Shown here: positions 45,619 to 56,131 of the stretch, one piece after another | Layout of the letters: the number at the start of each line of letters is the position of its first letter | Position numbering within the stretch: the first letter of the stretch is position 1 | Source: an uncultured Gammaproteobacteria bacterium | GTDB taxonomy: Bacteria; Patescibacteriota; Microgenomatia; Woykebacterales; RBG-16-39-9b | Assembly (NCBI GenBank): GCA_965231125.1 | Contig: OZ246414.1 | Coordinates: 281,512-345,511, forward strand | Length of the DNA stretch: 64,000 bases | Direction: 5' to 3' | Translations under genes and position numbers: made by a program | Notes under the pieces: model-generated | Told to the model about the DNA's origin: nothing | The model's input: the letters and a program-made list of their open reading frames with translations, nothing else | Database searches by the model: none

Positions 45619-46761
45619 ATGGGAAAGTTAAGGCAAAAGGAAAAAGGCAAAAGGAAAAAACTGAATCTAAAAGTTCTTGTATTATTTATCGGCGCATTTT
45701 TTATTGTCGTTATATTACTCACCGCTTTAATAAGTTACTCAGGGACCAATATAGCACCAAAGAGTTTGGTTCGCGCTAGCGATGTAATTATCACCGAAAT
45801 CCCGTTTTTGCCCAAACCCCCAAGGCAAGTGTTAAGCCGAGCTTTCTTTGAAATGGCAAGAATAAAATCGGGAGAACACGATTTTAGCTTACAAGTAGTT
45901 GGTGATCCGGATACTTCGAACGAGAAAAAAATCTTCTCGGTCCAAATCGCCGGCCCGTTTGCGGAAAGTGCTGGGGAGCTTAATCTATCAGGTAAGAGCA
46001 GTCTAGATTTAGTAGGTACTAAGTCAACAACTCATTCCCAAATAAATTTTACGGATATTTCTGGAGCTTTATACTTTCAAGTTAAAAACCTGCCCGACTA
46101 CGGCAATTTGCGGTTCAATAGACTTGGGCAGGGTTGGTATAGAATCGACGTCGGAAAAATTAAAAATGATGCAAAGGCGAACGTTCTGTCCGACAAAGAT
46201 ATTGCGGCCTCCATAAAACAAAAGGCTGAGCTTTTGCTTGGCAAGTTAAGCGCAAAAAGTATTAGCCAAAAGATTTCAGTTTTGCCCTCTGAGGAGGTAG
46301 GCGGCAGAAAAAGCCGGCACTACAAAATCGTTTTGGGTGGCGGAGATACGAAGGGCATAACAGACGTTTTTAACTCTGGGCTTGCTGATAGCATAAAAAA
46401 TTTGAGTTTGGATTTTTGGGTAGACAAGTCGAAATATTATTTTAATAAGGTACAAATTGAGGGTCTCGTTTCTTTGCAAAGAAGCCCAGTAGCAAACGTA
46501 ATTATTACCTCACCACCAGTCGGTTTTAAATTTGGGTACAGTTATAACAACTCGCCAGCTGCCGAAATAGCGCCTCCAAAAAGTGCCGAAGATGTCTCTT
46601 CGTTAACCAATCTTTATTTGCTTCTTACTAGCCAACCCAAAAACAAGAATCCCTTGAGCAGTATTTTGGATTTGAGTCAAAATTTGGGCGATTTTGGCGC
46701 CAACCTTCTTACAGTCGAACGCCTCTTGCATGTTCTTTATTTGACTCCGATATCTTTGTGA
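45619..46761 (+). CDS. Hypothetical membrane-anchored protein (LppX/LolA-like fold possible)
   Basis: N-terminal TM; EEVGG....HY, FWVDK, I.PP pattern. Confidence 0.65.
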   Translation: MGKLRQKEKGKRKKLNLKVLVLFIGAFFIVVILLTALISYSGTNIAPKSLVRASDVIITEIPFLPKPPRQVLSRAFFEMARIKSGEHDFSLQVVGDPDTSNEKKIFSVQIAGPFAESAGELNLSGKSSLDLVGTKSTTHSQINFTDISGALYFQVKNLPDYGNLRFNRLGQGWYRIDVGKIKNDAKANVLSDKDIAASIKQKAELLLGKLSAKSISQKISVLPSEEVGGRKSRHYKIVLGGGDTKGITDVFNSGLADSIKNLSLDFWVDKSKYYFNKVQIEGLVSLQRSPVANVIITSPPVGFKFGYSYNNSPAAEIAPPKSAEDVSSLTNLYLLLTSQPKNKNPLSSILDLSQNLGDFGANLLTVERLLHVLYLTPISL

Positions 46762-46783
46762 TAAAATTTAGTGAGGTAGATTT

Positions 46784-46978
46784 ATGGCAATTGAGACAAG
46801 GTATTTTTGTAACGGCACGTGCGGTGCAGTTATAACCGAAGAACAATACGCCTCTGGCCTAACAAAATGTGGGACCAAAAGTTGTACTCTTTACCAGCAT
46901 CCTTTTGAAAAGGGTTTGTATTGCACAGTTGAAGGAAAAAGGATTACGGAGGGGGAACGTAGTCAGCACCAACATTAA
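46784..46978 (+). CDS. Small Cys/His-rich protein
   Basis: GAGG RBS; 5 Cys and C-terminal HQH. Confidence 0.7.
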   Translation: MAIETRYFCNGTCGAVITEEQYASGLTKCGTKSCTLYQHPFEKGLYCTVEGKRITEGERSQHQH

Positions 46979-47028
46979 TTAGGTTGGTAAAGAGTTACTC
47001 TGCGCTTTGCTCTTTCTTGTCAAAAAGA

Positions 47029-47748
47029 TTAGATTTTTCGGAGATACTTTTGTCTTTTTTCTTCGGAGAAGCGTTCGATGGCGTAGCGCAGAGTGGTACG
47101 GGGCACCGCCCGCGCATGTTTATCGAGAAAATCGGTTAAATCTTTTTCGCTGCAGCGTTTGCCGACTTCGCGCAGCATCCAGCCAACTGCTTTTTGAATA
47201 AGGTCATGCTTGTCAGTAAGTAACAACTGGGCAATTTTCAAAGCGTCGCTTGAATCCCCGTTTTTAATAAATTCGAAAGTCGCGACCATGGCGATCCGCC
47301 TTTCCCACAAATTTTCTGACTTTGCCAGTTTGTAGAGAATCTCTCGGGGTTTATCAAGCAAATAAGCACCAACGATGTATTCAGCGGAGGCATCAACTAA
47401 GTCCCAATTATTAATACGATCTGTATTGGCCAAGTAAAAATCGTAAATCTCTTTTTGGGCCAGCCTGCCGGCAGGCAGGTTTTCGTCTGCTTTCTGGAAT
47501 TGATCAACAAGGATTATTATAGCAACTAAGCGTTCCTCATGGATTGGGGACTTTAAAAGTTGCTCGACGTCGGTGAGAGGTAAATCTTTAAACTTTTTAG
47601 CAACTTGTCGCTGCTCTGGAACAGTAACGCCAATGAACTGATCACCTTCACCGTACTGCCCCGGACCAGTTTTAAAAAACCACGCTGATGCCTTCGCTTT
47701 TTCCGGGCTAGCCAATTTTCGTAGCCCTTCCTTCAAGTCCCTAAGCAT
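47029..47748 (-). CDS. DNA alkylation repair protein (AlkD-like)
   Basis: FFKTGPGQYGEGD, NNWDLVD, W.RR, KAVGWMLRE, RT.LRYAIE. Confidence 0.92.
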   Translation of the reverse strand: MLRDLKEGLRKLASPEKAKASAWFFKTGPGQYGEGDQFIGVTVPEQRQVAKKFKDLPLTDVEQLLKSPIHEERLVAIIILVDQFQKADENLPAGRLAQKEIYDFYLANTDRINNWDLVDASAEYIVGAYLLDKPREILYKLAKSENLWERRIAMVATFEFIKNGDSSDALKIAQLLLTDKHDLIQKAVGWMLREVGKRCSEKDLTDFLDKHARAVPRTTLRYAIERFSEEKRQKYLRKI

Positions 47749-47754
47749 TATTGA

Positions 47755-48000
47755 TTAAATTGTTTTTACTTCGACTACATCCTCCAAAGGGATAGCCGCA
47801 TTTTCATGGGCTTTTCTGACCTCCTCGGCAGAAGGCGCTTCTGTCAGGCAATAAGCAAACCCTTTCTCCATACTGATATGGGCATGCAAAGGTTTCAATC
47901 CCATCTTCTCAGCTGACTCTTTGTAATTATTGAACCCACCGTTCACATCAGCCTCAGTCATACCAGTCTCTAACTTATGGACTCCAAGAAACTCCGCCAT
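47755..48000 (-). CDS. DUF4242/SCO4226-like protein
   Basis: YCLTEAPSAEEVRKAH...V.EV. Confidence 0.75.
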   Translation of the reverse strand: MAEFLGVHKLETGMTEADVNGGFNNYKESAEKMGLKPLHAHISMEKGFAYCLTEAPSAEEVRKAHENAAIPLEDVVEVKTI

Positions 48001-48089
48001 TAAAAATCACCTCCTTGTTATGAAGGCAAATTGTAGCATTTATCTATACTTCTGCCAAGAGATTGTAGAAAAATTAATGGGGCTAGAAG

Positions 48090-48431
48090 TCATTTCTTTT
48101 TAGATTTTTTAGAAGCCTGGAGGGATTTTTCGACCCAAGTTGCCAACTCATCTGGTTGCTCCATAACTTCCGCTGGAAGTTCCCAGTACGACATTGTCAT
48201 TTTCTTGCCGTCCTTGCCTTTATAAACAAAGGGCTCGCTACCAGCTTGCTCATAATCAGCTTGGTTGGTTTCATCAGCCTTAAAATACAACCGTCCGCCC
48301 GCAATAATAGCAAAGAAGATTCCGTCTCGGTAAACTCCCCAGTCACCAAACATCGGCCGCGAAGTTACCCCAGGAATTTCCCGGAAAACTTCGCCTATTA
48401 CATAATCATGAAAACTACTGTCCTTGGCCAT
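48090..48431 (-). CDS. TfoX/Sxy N-terminal domain protein
   Basis: RPMFG..G.Y.DG..FA, LYFK, MSYW. Confidence 0.88.
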   Translation of the reverse strand: MAKDSSFHDYVIGEVFREIPGVTSRPMFGDWGVYRDGIFFAIIAGGRLYFKADETNQADYEQAGSEPFVYKGKDGKKMTMSYWELPAEVMEQPDELATWVEKSLQASKKSKKK

Positions 48432-48475
48432 AATTTACCCTTTTATTATAACTTATTGGAGTATATAATCTTTGT

Positions 48476-48886
48476 ATGGAAAAGACAGAAATGGACATGG
48501 AAAAATTGAAAGCAGGTTCTCCTGATCTTTATCACGTTGCTTTTGAAAAAGGAACGGAGGCACCTTTTTCCGGAAAATACGTTTTTAGCAAGGAAGATGG
48601 TATATATAAATGTGCGGTTTGTGGGAGTCCCCTTTTCTCCTCAGACACAAAATTTGATTCCAACACTGGCTGGCCTAGTTTTACCGAGCCTGTATCCAAA
48701 GATGCCGTTAAATATCACGAAGATACAGGTTTTGGAATGTCTCGTACGGAGATTATCTGCGGAAAATGTGGCGCCCATTTGGGTCATGTTTTTGACGACG
48801 GCCCCAAGACTCTGCACGATAAACCATCCACTGGCAAACGCTACTGCATCAACTGCGTTTCCCTGGATATGGAAAAGAAAAAATGA
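48476..48886 (+). CDS. msrB: Peptide-methionine (R)-S-oxide reductase
   Basis: GTEAPF, GWPSF, HLGHVF.DGP, RYCIN. Confidence 0.96.
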   Translation: MEKTEMDMEKLKAGSPDLYHVAFEKGTEAPFSGKYVFSKEDGIYKCAVCGSPLFSSDTKFDSNTGWPSFTEPVSKDAVKYHEDTGFGMSRTEIICGKCGAHLGHVFDDGPKTLHDKPSTGKRYCINCVSLDMEKKK

Positions 48887-49039
48887 CGCCCTCCCCGATT
48901 TCGCATCGGGGCGGCCGACGTTTTACGTCCACTAAAAGTGGGCATAAAATCGGGCCTCGAAAACGAACCCCCATCCCAGTTATTGACAAATCCCAGCGAA
49001 AAGCATATAAATTTAGTACCTCGAAAGGTGGTGATTTTT

Positions 49040-49234
49040 GTGAAATATACGTTCACTTGTCAGATGGGTCACGAACCAATGACCTTTACCGCAGAAGCAG
49101 ACAACGACGAGGAAGCTTTGCAAAAAATTATGGAACAAGCTAGTCCTCACATTGCCGAAGTACACCCTGAAATGGCTAGTAAATCTCCAGAAGAAATGAA
49201 GGAAATGATTACTAACAGTTGGATGAAAGAGTAG
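49040..49234 (+). CDS. DUF1059-like small protein
   Basis: GTG after AAGGTGGTGA; C..., AE...E.....H...H. Confidence 0.65.
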   Translation: MKYTFTCQMGHEPMTFTAEADNDEEALQKIMEQASPHIAEVHPEMASKSPEEMKEMITNSWMKE

Positions 49235-49262
49235 AGCCCCCTTCTTAAGGACCTTAAGAAAG

Positions 49263-49299
49263 ACGACCCTGAGTTTGTCGGACGGGTCGTTTTTCTTTT
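49263..49299 (+). terminator. Intrinsic terminator / palindromic element
   Basis: ACGACCC/GGGTCGT stem plus T-run. Confidence 0.6.
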
Positions 49300-49378
49300 G
49301 CCTGGTAAACTACAACTGTAAAGTTTATCGGTTGCGTTTCTGGAGCATCTTGTCTATATTAAACTTAAGGAGGAAATT

Positions 49379-50401
49379 ATGATTAAGGTTGCAATCAATG
49401 GTTTTGGTAGGATTGGTAGAAGCGCTTTCAAAGTTGCTCTGGACGCTCACAAAGATGAGGTAGAAATTGTTGGGATAAATGATCTGACTGATGCTAAAAC
49501 CCTGGCCCATCTTTTGAAGTACGATACCGCTTACGGGATTTATCATCGCAACATTTCTCATGATGAAAATGATATTGTCGTCGACGGTGCGAAATATCGG
49601 GTTTATGCCGAAAAAGATCCAAGTGCTCTTCCTTGGAAAGATTTGGATGTAGATGTTGTTGTCGAATCCACTGGATTTTTTACAGATAAAGAGGGAAGTA
49701 TGGGGCATATAAAAGCCGGCGCAAAAAGAGTAGTGATATCTGCTCCGGCAAAAGGCGCGGGGGTGGGTACGTATTTAATTGGAGTAAATGCCGATAAAGA
49801 TACTGGCCAGGAACAAATTATAAATAACGCTTCCTGTACGACCAATTGTATCGCGCCAGTGGCAGCGGTAATGCACGCGCAATTTGGCATAATTAAGGCG
49901 ATGATGACAACAGTCCACAGCTATACTGCCGATCAAAATTTGCAAGACGGTCCTCATAAAGATTTACGCCGCGCTCGAGCCGCCGCCGAAAATATTGTTC
50001 CCACCACCACAGGAGCAGCTATCGCCACAACTGAGGCGATCCCAGAGCTTAAAGGCCTTTTTGATGGTATGGCTATTCGTGTGCCAACACCAGTCGGTTC
50101 TATTTCCGACTTTACGTCTTTGCTTAAGAAAAAAGTTACTGTAGACGAAATCAATAAAGCATTCAAGGAAGCGGTTGGTAACCCAATATATAAAGGAATA
50201 CTAGCCGTAACTGAGGAGCCTGTGGTTTCCTCCGATATTGTCGGCCGAACTGAAAGCTCGATAGTTGATCTATCCTTGACGCAGGTGGTAGATGGTGATT
50301 TGGTAAAAGTGTTTGCTTGGTACGATAACGAGATGGGTTACTCACACCGACTGGTTGAACAGACTATTCGAGCCGGCAAGCAGGTAAAAGACACTGACTA
50401 A
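49379..50401 (+). CDS. gap: Glyceraldehyde-3-phosphate dehydrogenase type I
   Basis: INGFGRIGR, NASCTTNC, WYDNE.GY. Confidence 0.98.
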   Translation: MIKVAINGFGRIGRSAFKVALDAHKDEVEIVGINDLTDAKTLAHLLKYDTAYGIYHRNISHDENDIVVDGAKYRVYAEKDPSALPWKDLDVDVVVESTGFFTDKEGSMGHIKAGAKRVVISAPAKGAGVGTYLIGVNADKDTGQEQIINNASCTTNCIAPVAAVMHAQFGIIKAMMTTVHSYTADQNLQDGPHKDLRRARAAAENIVPTTTGAAIATTEAIPELKGLFDGMAIRVPTPVGSISDFTSLLKKKVTVDEINKAFKEAVGNPIYKGILAVTEEPVVSSDIVGRTESSIVDLSLTQVVDGDLVKVFAWYDNEMGYSHRLVEQTIRAGKQVKDTD

Positions 50402-50402
50402 G

Positions 50403-50714
50403 ATGAAAATACCATTCGTGATTTTGAAAGAGCTGATGTTATTGATCGCTGCAATGGTTATCGCGTTTGCTACTTTTTCTCTCTTCCGACACGCCTGTGG
50501 TGATCCAAATGGCGGAGCTTGTCCTATTGTTGGAGAGATGGGCTTTCCCGTAAGAGTGCCTAGTGGGTATACGCCGGGCGTGGTTGAACCTTCTATCGAT
50601 AATCAGTTGAATAGTTTATTTTTCGCGTTTATCATAAACTCAGGGTTTTACTTTCTAGTATTAAATCTTGGCGCCGTTTTGTACAAGAAACTAATCAGTG
50701 CAAAGGAAAAATGA
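50403..50714 (+). CDS. Hypothetical membrane protein
   Basis: 2 TM ORF within operon. Confidence 0.6.
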   Translation: MKIPFVILKELMLLIAAMVIAFATFSLFRHACGDPNGGACPIVGEMGFPVRVPSGYTPGVVEPSIDNQLNSLFFAFIINSGFYFLVLNLGAVLYKKLISAKEK

Positions 50715-51214
50715 TTTATCTTGCATCCGATCACGCGGGTTTTGAATTAAAAGAAAAAGTAAAAGGGTATCTGCAAGATGCAGGCTACAAGATAGAAGAT
50801 TGTGGTGCCTACAAATTTGACCCCGACGATGATTATCCAGATTTTATCAGTAAGGCAGCTGAAAAAGTTTCCCGAGATCCAAAAAATTCAAAAGCAGTAA
50901 TATTTGGCGGGTCTGGTCAAGCTGAGGCAATGGTGGCGAATAAATTTCCTGGTGTTCGGTGCGCTCTTTTCTACGCTGTCGTGGCGCCTGTTCAGGCAGC
51001 GGATATTACCGGCAGAAAAAGCGAAGATCCTTTTGAAATGATTAGACTGACAAGGGAGCATAATGACGCTAATATAGTATCAATTGGTGCCAGGTTTGTG
51101 AGCGAAGAAGATGCTAAAAAAGCGATAGATATGTGGCTAAAAGCCCCTTTTACTAACGAAGAAAGACACGCTCGAAGAATCGAGAAGATTGAAAAATTAG
51201 AAAATAGCCACTAG
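50711..51214 (+). CDS. rpiB: Ribose-5-phosphate isomerase B
   Basis: SDHAG..LK, DYPD, GGSG, ANK, REHNDAN, RH.RR. Confidence 0.93.
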   Translation: MIYLASDHAGFELKEKVKGYLQDAGYKIEDCGAYKFDPDDDYPDFISKAAEKVSRDPKNSKAVIFGGSGQAEAMVANKFPGVRCALFYAVVAPVQAADITGRKSEDPFEMIRLTREHNDANIVSIGARFVSEEDAKKAIDMWLKAPFTNEERHARRIEKIEKLENSH

Positions 51215-51261
51215 AAACTAATTTACTAGTGGCTAGTGGTTGATTTACTGGTAGCTAGCAT

Positions 51262-51927
51262 ATGGTTGAAATAATTCCAGCAATTCTTAGCACAACAGTT
51301 GGCGATTACCACCACAGATTTAAGGCAGTCGAGCCGTTTACCGATTGGATTCAAGTGGATATCGTCGACGGAAAATTTGCCCCGAATAAAACGATTGGCC
51401 CAAAAGAAGTCACTCGCTTTCTCACTTCAAAAAAATTGGAGATACAACTTATGGTTGAGTCTCCTAAAGATTGGGTTGAACCTTTTGTAAAAATGAAAGT
51501 GGCGAGAATAATTGTACCAGTGGAAACTACGGTGGAGCCGATTCCCTTCATCGATCACCTGCGGAGAAGCAATATTCAGGTGGGTTTTTCCTTAAATCCA
51601 AGAACCGAAGTTAGTAAAGTCGAGCATTTAATCCATAAACTGGATACAGTTTTGCTTCTTTCCGTTAACCCTGGTTTTCAAGGGCAGCATTTTGTTCACA
51701 CTACAATCCAAAAAATTAAAGATCTGAAAGCTTTACGAGGCGATATTTATGTAGAGATAGATGGTGGTGTGCAGCCAGGGATTGCTAGAAAATGCGCCGA
51801 GGCCGGGGCAAACGCTCTCATATCCGGTGCCTTTGTTTTAAAAAACGATAATGTGCAAGGAGATACGTATCAAGAAAAAATTAAGAATGCAATTTCCTTG
51901 TTAAAAGAAGATGTTAAAGACTATTAA
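51262..51927 (+). CDS. rpe: Ribulose-phosphate 3-epimerase
   Basis: D.VDGKF, V.PGFQGQ, DGGV. Confidence 0.9.
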   Translation: MVEIIPAILSTTVGDYHHRFKAVEPFTDWIQVDIVDGKFAPNKTIGPKEVTRFLTSKKLEIQLMVESPKDWVEPFVKMKVARIIVPVETTVEPIPFIDHLRRSNIQVGFSLNPRTEVSKVEHLIHKLDTVLLLSVNPGFQGQHFVHTTIQKIKDLKALRGDIYVEIDGGVQPGIARKCAEAGANALISGAFVLKNDNVQGDTYQEKIKNAISLLKEDVKDY

Positions 51928-51948
51928 AGTCTAATTTATGAGGCTGCA

Positions 51949-52071
51949 ATGAAAGTTTTGGCGTTGGCAATTATTTTAATAATCATTCTTGGAGCTTTGG
52001 CTTACTTTTTCTACGTGAGCAAAGCGTATAAACCCGCCCAACCGGCGGCAACCACACAGGTGGTAAAATAA
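51949..52071 (+). CDS. Small single-TM protein
   Basis: 40-aa ORF MKVLALAIILIIILG... with GAGG RBS. Confidence 0.45.
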   Translation: MKVLALAIILIIILGALAYFFYVSKAYKPAQPAATTQVVK

Positions 52072-52079
52072 TAGTAAGG

Positions 52080-52973
52080 GTGACTGCCATTATGAAAATT
52101 GGTCAACCAGACGAGCATGCTGCTCATACAAACCACATAGAAATTTTGGAAAAGACGGCCGATGATATCCGCCAAGATATAATTAAGATGCTTGTTACGG
52201 CGGGAAGTGGGCATTCGGCTGGCCCTTTAGGAATGGCAGATGTCTTTACGGCTCTTTACTTTGCTGTCTTAAACCACAATCCGAAAAACCCCCGTTGGGA
52301 AGGTCGAGACCGAGTGTTTCTTTCCAACGGCCATATTTGCCCAGTCTGGTACGCCACTTTGGCCCGCGCCGGCTATTTTCCCCGCGAAGAACTTTTGACA
52401 CTGCGAAAAATTAATTCTCGGCTGCAAGGCCACCCTCATTTTGGTAGTGCTCCTGGAGTGGAAAATACCGGTGGGCCTTTGGGGCAAGGGCTTTCGCAAG
52501 CAATCGGTGCCGCCTTGGCGGCAGCCATGGACGGGAAAAAACACCGCGTCTACGCTCTGCTCAGTGATGGGGAACATGACGAAGGGCAGATTTGGGAGGC
52601 CGTACTTTTCGCTGGGAAAAATAAACTTCATAACCTCACCTCTATAGTCGACCGCAACAACATTCAAATTGACGGTATGACGGAAGATATTATGCCGCTT
52701 GAGCCATTGAAACAAAAATATGAGGCTTTTAATTGGCATGTTCTGGAGATAGATGGGCACAATATGCAAGAGATTATTAATGCTTGTGAAGAAGCAAAAG
52801 CAATTTACGAAAAACCGGTAGTTATCATCGCCCACACTATTCCTGGGAAAGGGGTGGATTTTATGGAGCATGGTTATCTTTGGCACGGTAAACCACCAAA
52901 CCAAGAAGAGGCAAAAAAAGCCCTCGCAGAATTGCGAACCTTGAAAGGAAAGATTATTAGTGAGCATGAGTAA
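52080..52973 (+). CDS. Transketolase, N-terminal subunit
   Basis: GSGH, LSNGH, LQGHP, SDGEHDEG..WE, HT..GKG. Confidence 0.95.
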   Translation: MTAIMKIGQPDEHAAHTNHIEILEKTADDIRQDIIKMLVTAGSGHSAGPLGMADVFTALYFAVLNHNPKNPRWEGRDRVFLSNGHICPVWYATLARAGYFPREELLTLRKINSRLQGHPHFGSAPGVENTGGPLGQGLSQAIGAALAAAMDGKKHRVYALLSDGEHDEGQIWEAVLFAGKNKLHNLTSIVDRNNIQIDGMTEDIMPLEPLKQKYEAFNWHVLEIDGHNMQEIINACEEAKAIYEKPVVIIAHTIPGKGVDFMEHGYLWHGKPPNQEEAKKALAELRTLKGKIISEHE

Positions 52974-53943
52974 CTTAAACCCAAAACTTTTTGATGAAGA
53001 TGTCGAACAAGTGCCGACTCGCAATGGTTACGGTGAAGGGTTGGTGGAGCTGGGAGAAAAAAATCCCTCTGTTGTAGTTCTTACCGGGGATTTGGCAGAA
53101 TCTACTCGGGCGGAGGAGTTTGGTAAAAAATACCCAGATCGTTTCATTGAGTGCGGTGTCGCGGAACAAAACATGATGGGAATTGCGGCGGGCTTGGCCC
53201 TTTCGGGCAAAATTCCTTTCGTTTCTTCCTACGCTGTTTTTGTTCCTGGACGTTCCTGGGATCAGCTGCGCGTCAGCGTTTGCTACACGAAAGCAAATGT
53301 AAAAGTGGCCGGGGCCCACGCGGGAATATCTGTTGGTCCGGACGGCGCAACTCACCAAGCTTTGGAAGATATTGCCTCAGTGCGGGTTTTGCCCAATATC
53401 GTCGTCGTTGTACCTTGTGACTTTCTCGAGACCAAAAAAGTCACGCTTGCCGCCTCGGAACATAAAGGGCCTTTTTACTTTCGTTTCGCCCGGGAAAAAA
53501 CGCCAGTGATAACCACGCAGGACTCTCCCTTTAAAATTGGCCGAGCAGAAATTTTTCGGGAAGGGAAAGACGTGGCAATAGTCGCCTGTGGACCGTTAGT
53601 GTACCAATCTTTAGTGGCCGCCCGCGAACTTGAAAAAGAGGGAGTAAGTGCTAAAGTTATTAATAGCCACACTATTAAACCGCTGGACAAATTGACGATT
53701 TGTTCGGCGGCAAAAGAAACTGGCGCCGTGGTTACAGTTGAAGAAGCGCAGATTAATGGCGGTCTCGGCGGAGCCGTCGCGGAAGCGCTGGGCGAAAACT
53801 ATCCAGTTCCAATGGAGCGGGTAGGAATGCCAGATACTTTTGGAGAAAGCGGAAAACCCGAAGAACTACTTGAAAAATACGGAATGAGCGTTAAAAAAAT
53901 CAAAGAGTCGGTTAGAGGTGTTTTAAAAAGAAAGAAAAAATGA
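52960..53943 (+). CDS. Transketolase, C-terminal subunit
   Basis: GVAEQNM, GPDGATHQ, TIKPLD, GGLG.AVAE. Confidence 0.95.
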   Translation: MSMSNLNPKLFDEDVEQVPTRNGYGEGLVELGEKNPSVVVLTGDLAESTRAEEFGKKYPDRFIECGVAEQNMMGIAAGLALSGKIPFVSSYAVFVPGRSWDQLRVSVCYTKANVKVAGAHAGISVGPDGATHQALEDIASVRVLPNIVVVVPCDFLETKKVTLAASEHKGPFYFRFAREKTPVITTQDSPFKIGRAEIFREGKDVAIVACGPLVYQSLVAARELEKEGVSAKVINSHTIKPLDKLTICSAAKETGAVVTVEEAQINGGLGGAVAEALGENYPVPMERVGMPDTFGESGKPEELLEKYGMSVKKIKESVRGVLKRKKK

Positions 53944-54812
53944 ACGCGAGAGACTGGTTAGAAAAAGCGAAAAAAGAAGGCTTTGCGATTCCGGCTCTCA
54001 ATGTTGGAACTTTTGAGACTTTTAAAGGGATTGTTGAGGCTGCCGTCGAAGCGCGCTCGCCGGTTATTATCGAGTCCTCGACTGGCGAAACAAAGTGGAT
54101 GGAGGCGGAAAATGTTGCGTCTATTTCGCGAAATTTTGCCGGCAAATACAATGTCCCGATAATTGTTAACCTCGACCACGCTTATACCTACGAAGATACT
54201 CGTCCCGGTTTTGAAGCCAAATACGATCTAATCCATTTTGACGGTTCCAAACTTCCGTATGAAGAAAATGTTGAAGTTTGTAAAAAAATTGTTCCCGAGT
54301 CCCATAACATAGGCGCTCTTGTGGAAGGTGAGATCGACCGAATCCAAGGTGAAGGGTCCGAAGTTCACGAGGGCCAAACTGTTGATCAAGCGGCGATTGA
54401 TGAAGGAAAAAGCCATCCGGAACGTTCTGCAAAATTTGTAGCCGAAACAGGGGTCGATATTTACGCATCGTTTTTTGGAAATGTTCACGGCATTTTTCCC
54501 GGTTACACCCCAAACTTAGATTTGGATTTGTTGAAGAGAATCCAGAAAGCAATACCCAATACCTTTCTTTCCATGCACGGATCTTCCGGAACACCAGTTG
54601 ATCAAGTAAAAGCGGCCGTTGCCGCCGAGATAGTTAAAGTAAATGTTAATACGGAGATTCGGCTAGCGTACCGAAAATCTCTTGAAACCGCGTTAACGGA
54701 ACACAAAGAAATTGCCATGTATAAAGTTTTCCCACCAGTTGTGGCGGCAGTAAAAAAAGAAGCCTTGAAGTGGATGGATTGGTGCGGATCGAAAGGAAAG
54801 GCCGAAGGCTAA
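53940..54812 (+). CDS. fba: Class II fructose-bisphosphate aldolase
   Basis: NLDH, DGS, VEGE, GNVHG, HGSSG, KVNVNT. Confidence 0.9.
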   Translation: MNARDWLEKAKKEGFAIPALNVGTFETFKGIVEAAVEARSPVIIESSTGETKWMEAENVASISRNFAGKYNVPIIVNLDHAYTYEDTRPGFEAKYDLIHFDGSKLPYEENVEVCKKIVPESHNIGALVEGEIDRIQGEGSEVHEGQTVDQAAIDEGKSHPERSAKFVAETGVDIYASFFGNVHGIFPGYTPNLDLDLLKRIQKAIPNTFLSMHGSSGTPVDQVKAAVAAEIVKVNVNTEIRLAYRKSLETALTEHKEIAMYKVFPPVVAAVKKEALKWMDWCGSKGKAEG

Positions 54813-54816
54813 AATT

Positions 54817-55803
54817 ATGCACGACAATATTACCGTTGGCGATGCCACTATTGACACATTCATAAAAATTCACGACGCGCATGTTCAGTGCCGTATAAAT
54901 AAACAAGATTGTCAACTCTGTGTAAATTACGCGGATAAAATAGCCGTGGATGACATGAAGCATTTGGTGGCGGGAAACGCTGCTAACAACGCCGTTGGCA
55001 GTGCGCGGCTTGGTTTAAATGCCGCAATTTATGTAAATGTGGGTGATGATGAGCCCGGACAGCGAGTAAAAAAGAAACTTGAAGACGAAGGAGTAGACTG
55101 TTCGTACGTGACGGTTAACAAAGGTATGGATTCCAATTACTCTGCTGTTCTCAATTTTCAAGGCGAGCGGACCATTTTTGTTTACCACCAACCTTGGAAA
55201 TATCGTCTTCCGGCTCTGCAGAGGACAAAGTGGGTTTACTACACATCAGTTTCCGAGAGTTTTGTTCACAGTACCTTGAGTAGAGATTTAGCAGATTATG
55301 TTAAAGGTTGTGGAGCCAAGCTGCTTTACAACCCTGGTACGTATCAGATGAGGGCTGGGATTAAAAAGTACCCAGAAATTTTGGAGGCCTGCACTGTGTT
55401 TAATGTAAACATTGAGGAGGCGAAAAGAGTTTTGGACATTCCCGCTGGCGAAAAAGTCGAAATTAAAAAACTCCTGAAAAAAACTAAAGACGATCTGGGC
55501 GTCGAAAACGTTGTTATCACCGACGGTCGGCAAGGCTCTTACTCTTACGACGGGAAAGACTACTTGCGACTGCCAGAATTTCCCGGTGAGCGAGTTGAGG
55601 CAACTGGTGCCGGCGATGCTTACTCTACAGCGCTACTGGCCGCGCTCTTCCATGGACAATCTCTAGCCGAGGGCATGGCTTGGGGGTCTATCAACGGGGC
55701 TTACGTTGTAAAAAAGATTGGGCCGCAAGAAGGCTTGCTCCACAAACATGAGATGGAAAAAATTCGAGCCGAAAACCCCGAGTTTAAAGCGGAAAGTTTC
55801 TAA
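54817..55803 (+). CDS. PfkB-family carbohydrate kinase
   Basis: GNAANNAV...RLG; ATGAGDAY. Confidence 0.92.
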   Translation: MHDNITVGDATIDTFIKIHDAHVQCRINKQDCQLCVNYADKIAVDDMKHLVAGNAANNAVGSARLGLNAAIYVNVGDDEPGQRVKKKLEDEGVDCSYVTVNKGMDSNYSAVLNFQGERTIFVYHQPWKYRLPALQRTKWVYYTSVSESFVHSTLSRDLADYVKGCGAKLLYNPGTYQMRAGIKKYPEILEACTVFNVNIEEAKRVLDIPAGEKVEIKKLLKKTKDDLGVENVVITDGRQGSYSYDGKDYLRLPEFPGERVEATGAGDAYSTALLAALFHGQSLAEGMAWGSINGAYVVKKIGPQEGLLHKHEMEKIRAENPEFKAESF

Positions 55804-55876
55804 ATTTTTACAGCCCACACCACTGTAATCTTGCGGCTACCAAAACCTTTCCAAATCTCCTATAATAAGGCAAAGC

Positions 55877-56131
55877 GTGAAAACTACCATTTATTCTACA
55901 ACTACTTGCCCATACTGTAGGATGGAAAAGGATTACTTTGATTCTAAAGGTGTGAAATACGAAAATTTCTTTGTGGATGCAGACAGCGCGAAAGCCGAAG
56001 AAATGATGAGGGTTTCTGGCCAGATTGGTGTGCCATTTACAGTAATTGAAAAAGACGATGGCTCTGAGGTAAAAATTCTGGGTTTTGATAAGGAAAGGTT
56101 AAATCAATCTTTGGGAATCACCCATGAGTAA
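55877..56131 (+). CDS. Glutaredoxin/NrdH-like protein
   Basis: CPYC, GVP, GFD. Confidence 0.9.
   Translation: MKTTIYSTTTCPYCRMEKDYFDSKGVKYENFFVDADSAKAEEMMRVSGQIGVPFTVIEKDDGSEVKILGFDKERLNQSLGITHE

Noticed and set aside
52269-53024. 251-aa antisense ORF and similar long antisense ORFs over typA, aspS, gap and nrdJ
   Set aside because: Fully overlap conserved housekeeping genes on the other strand and show no recognisable motifs
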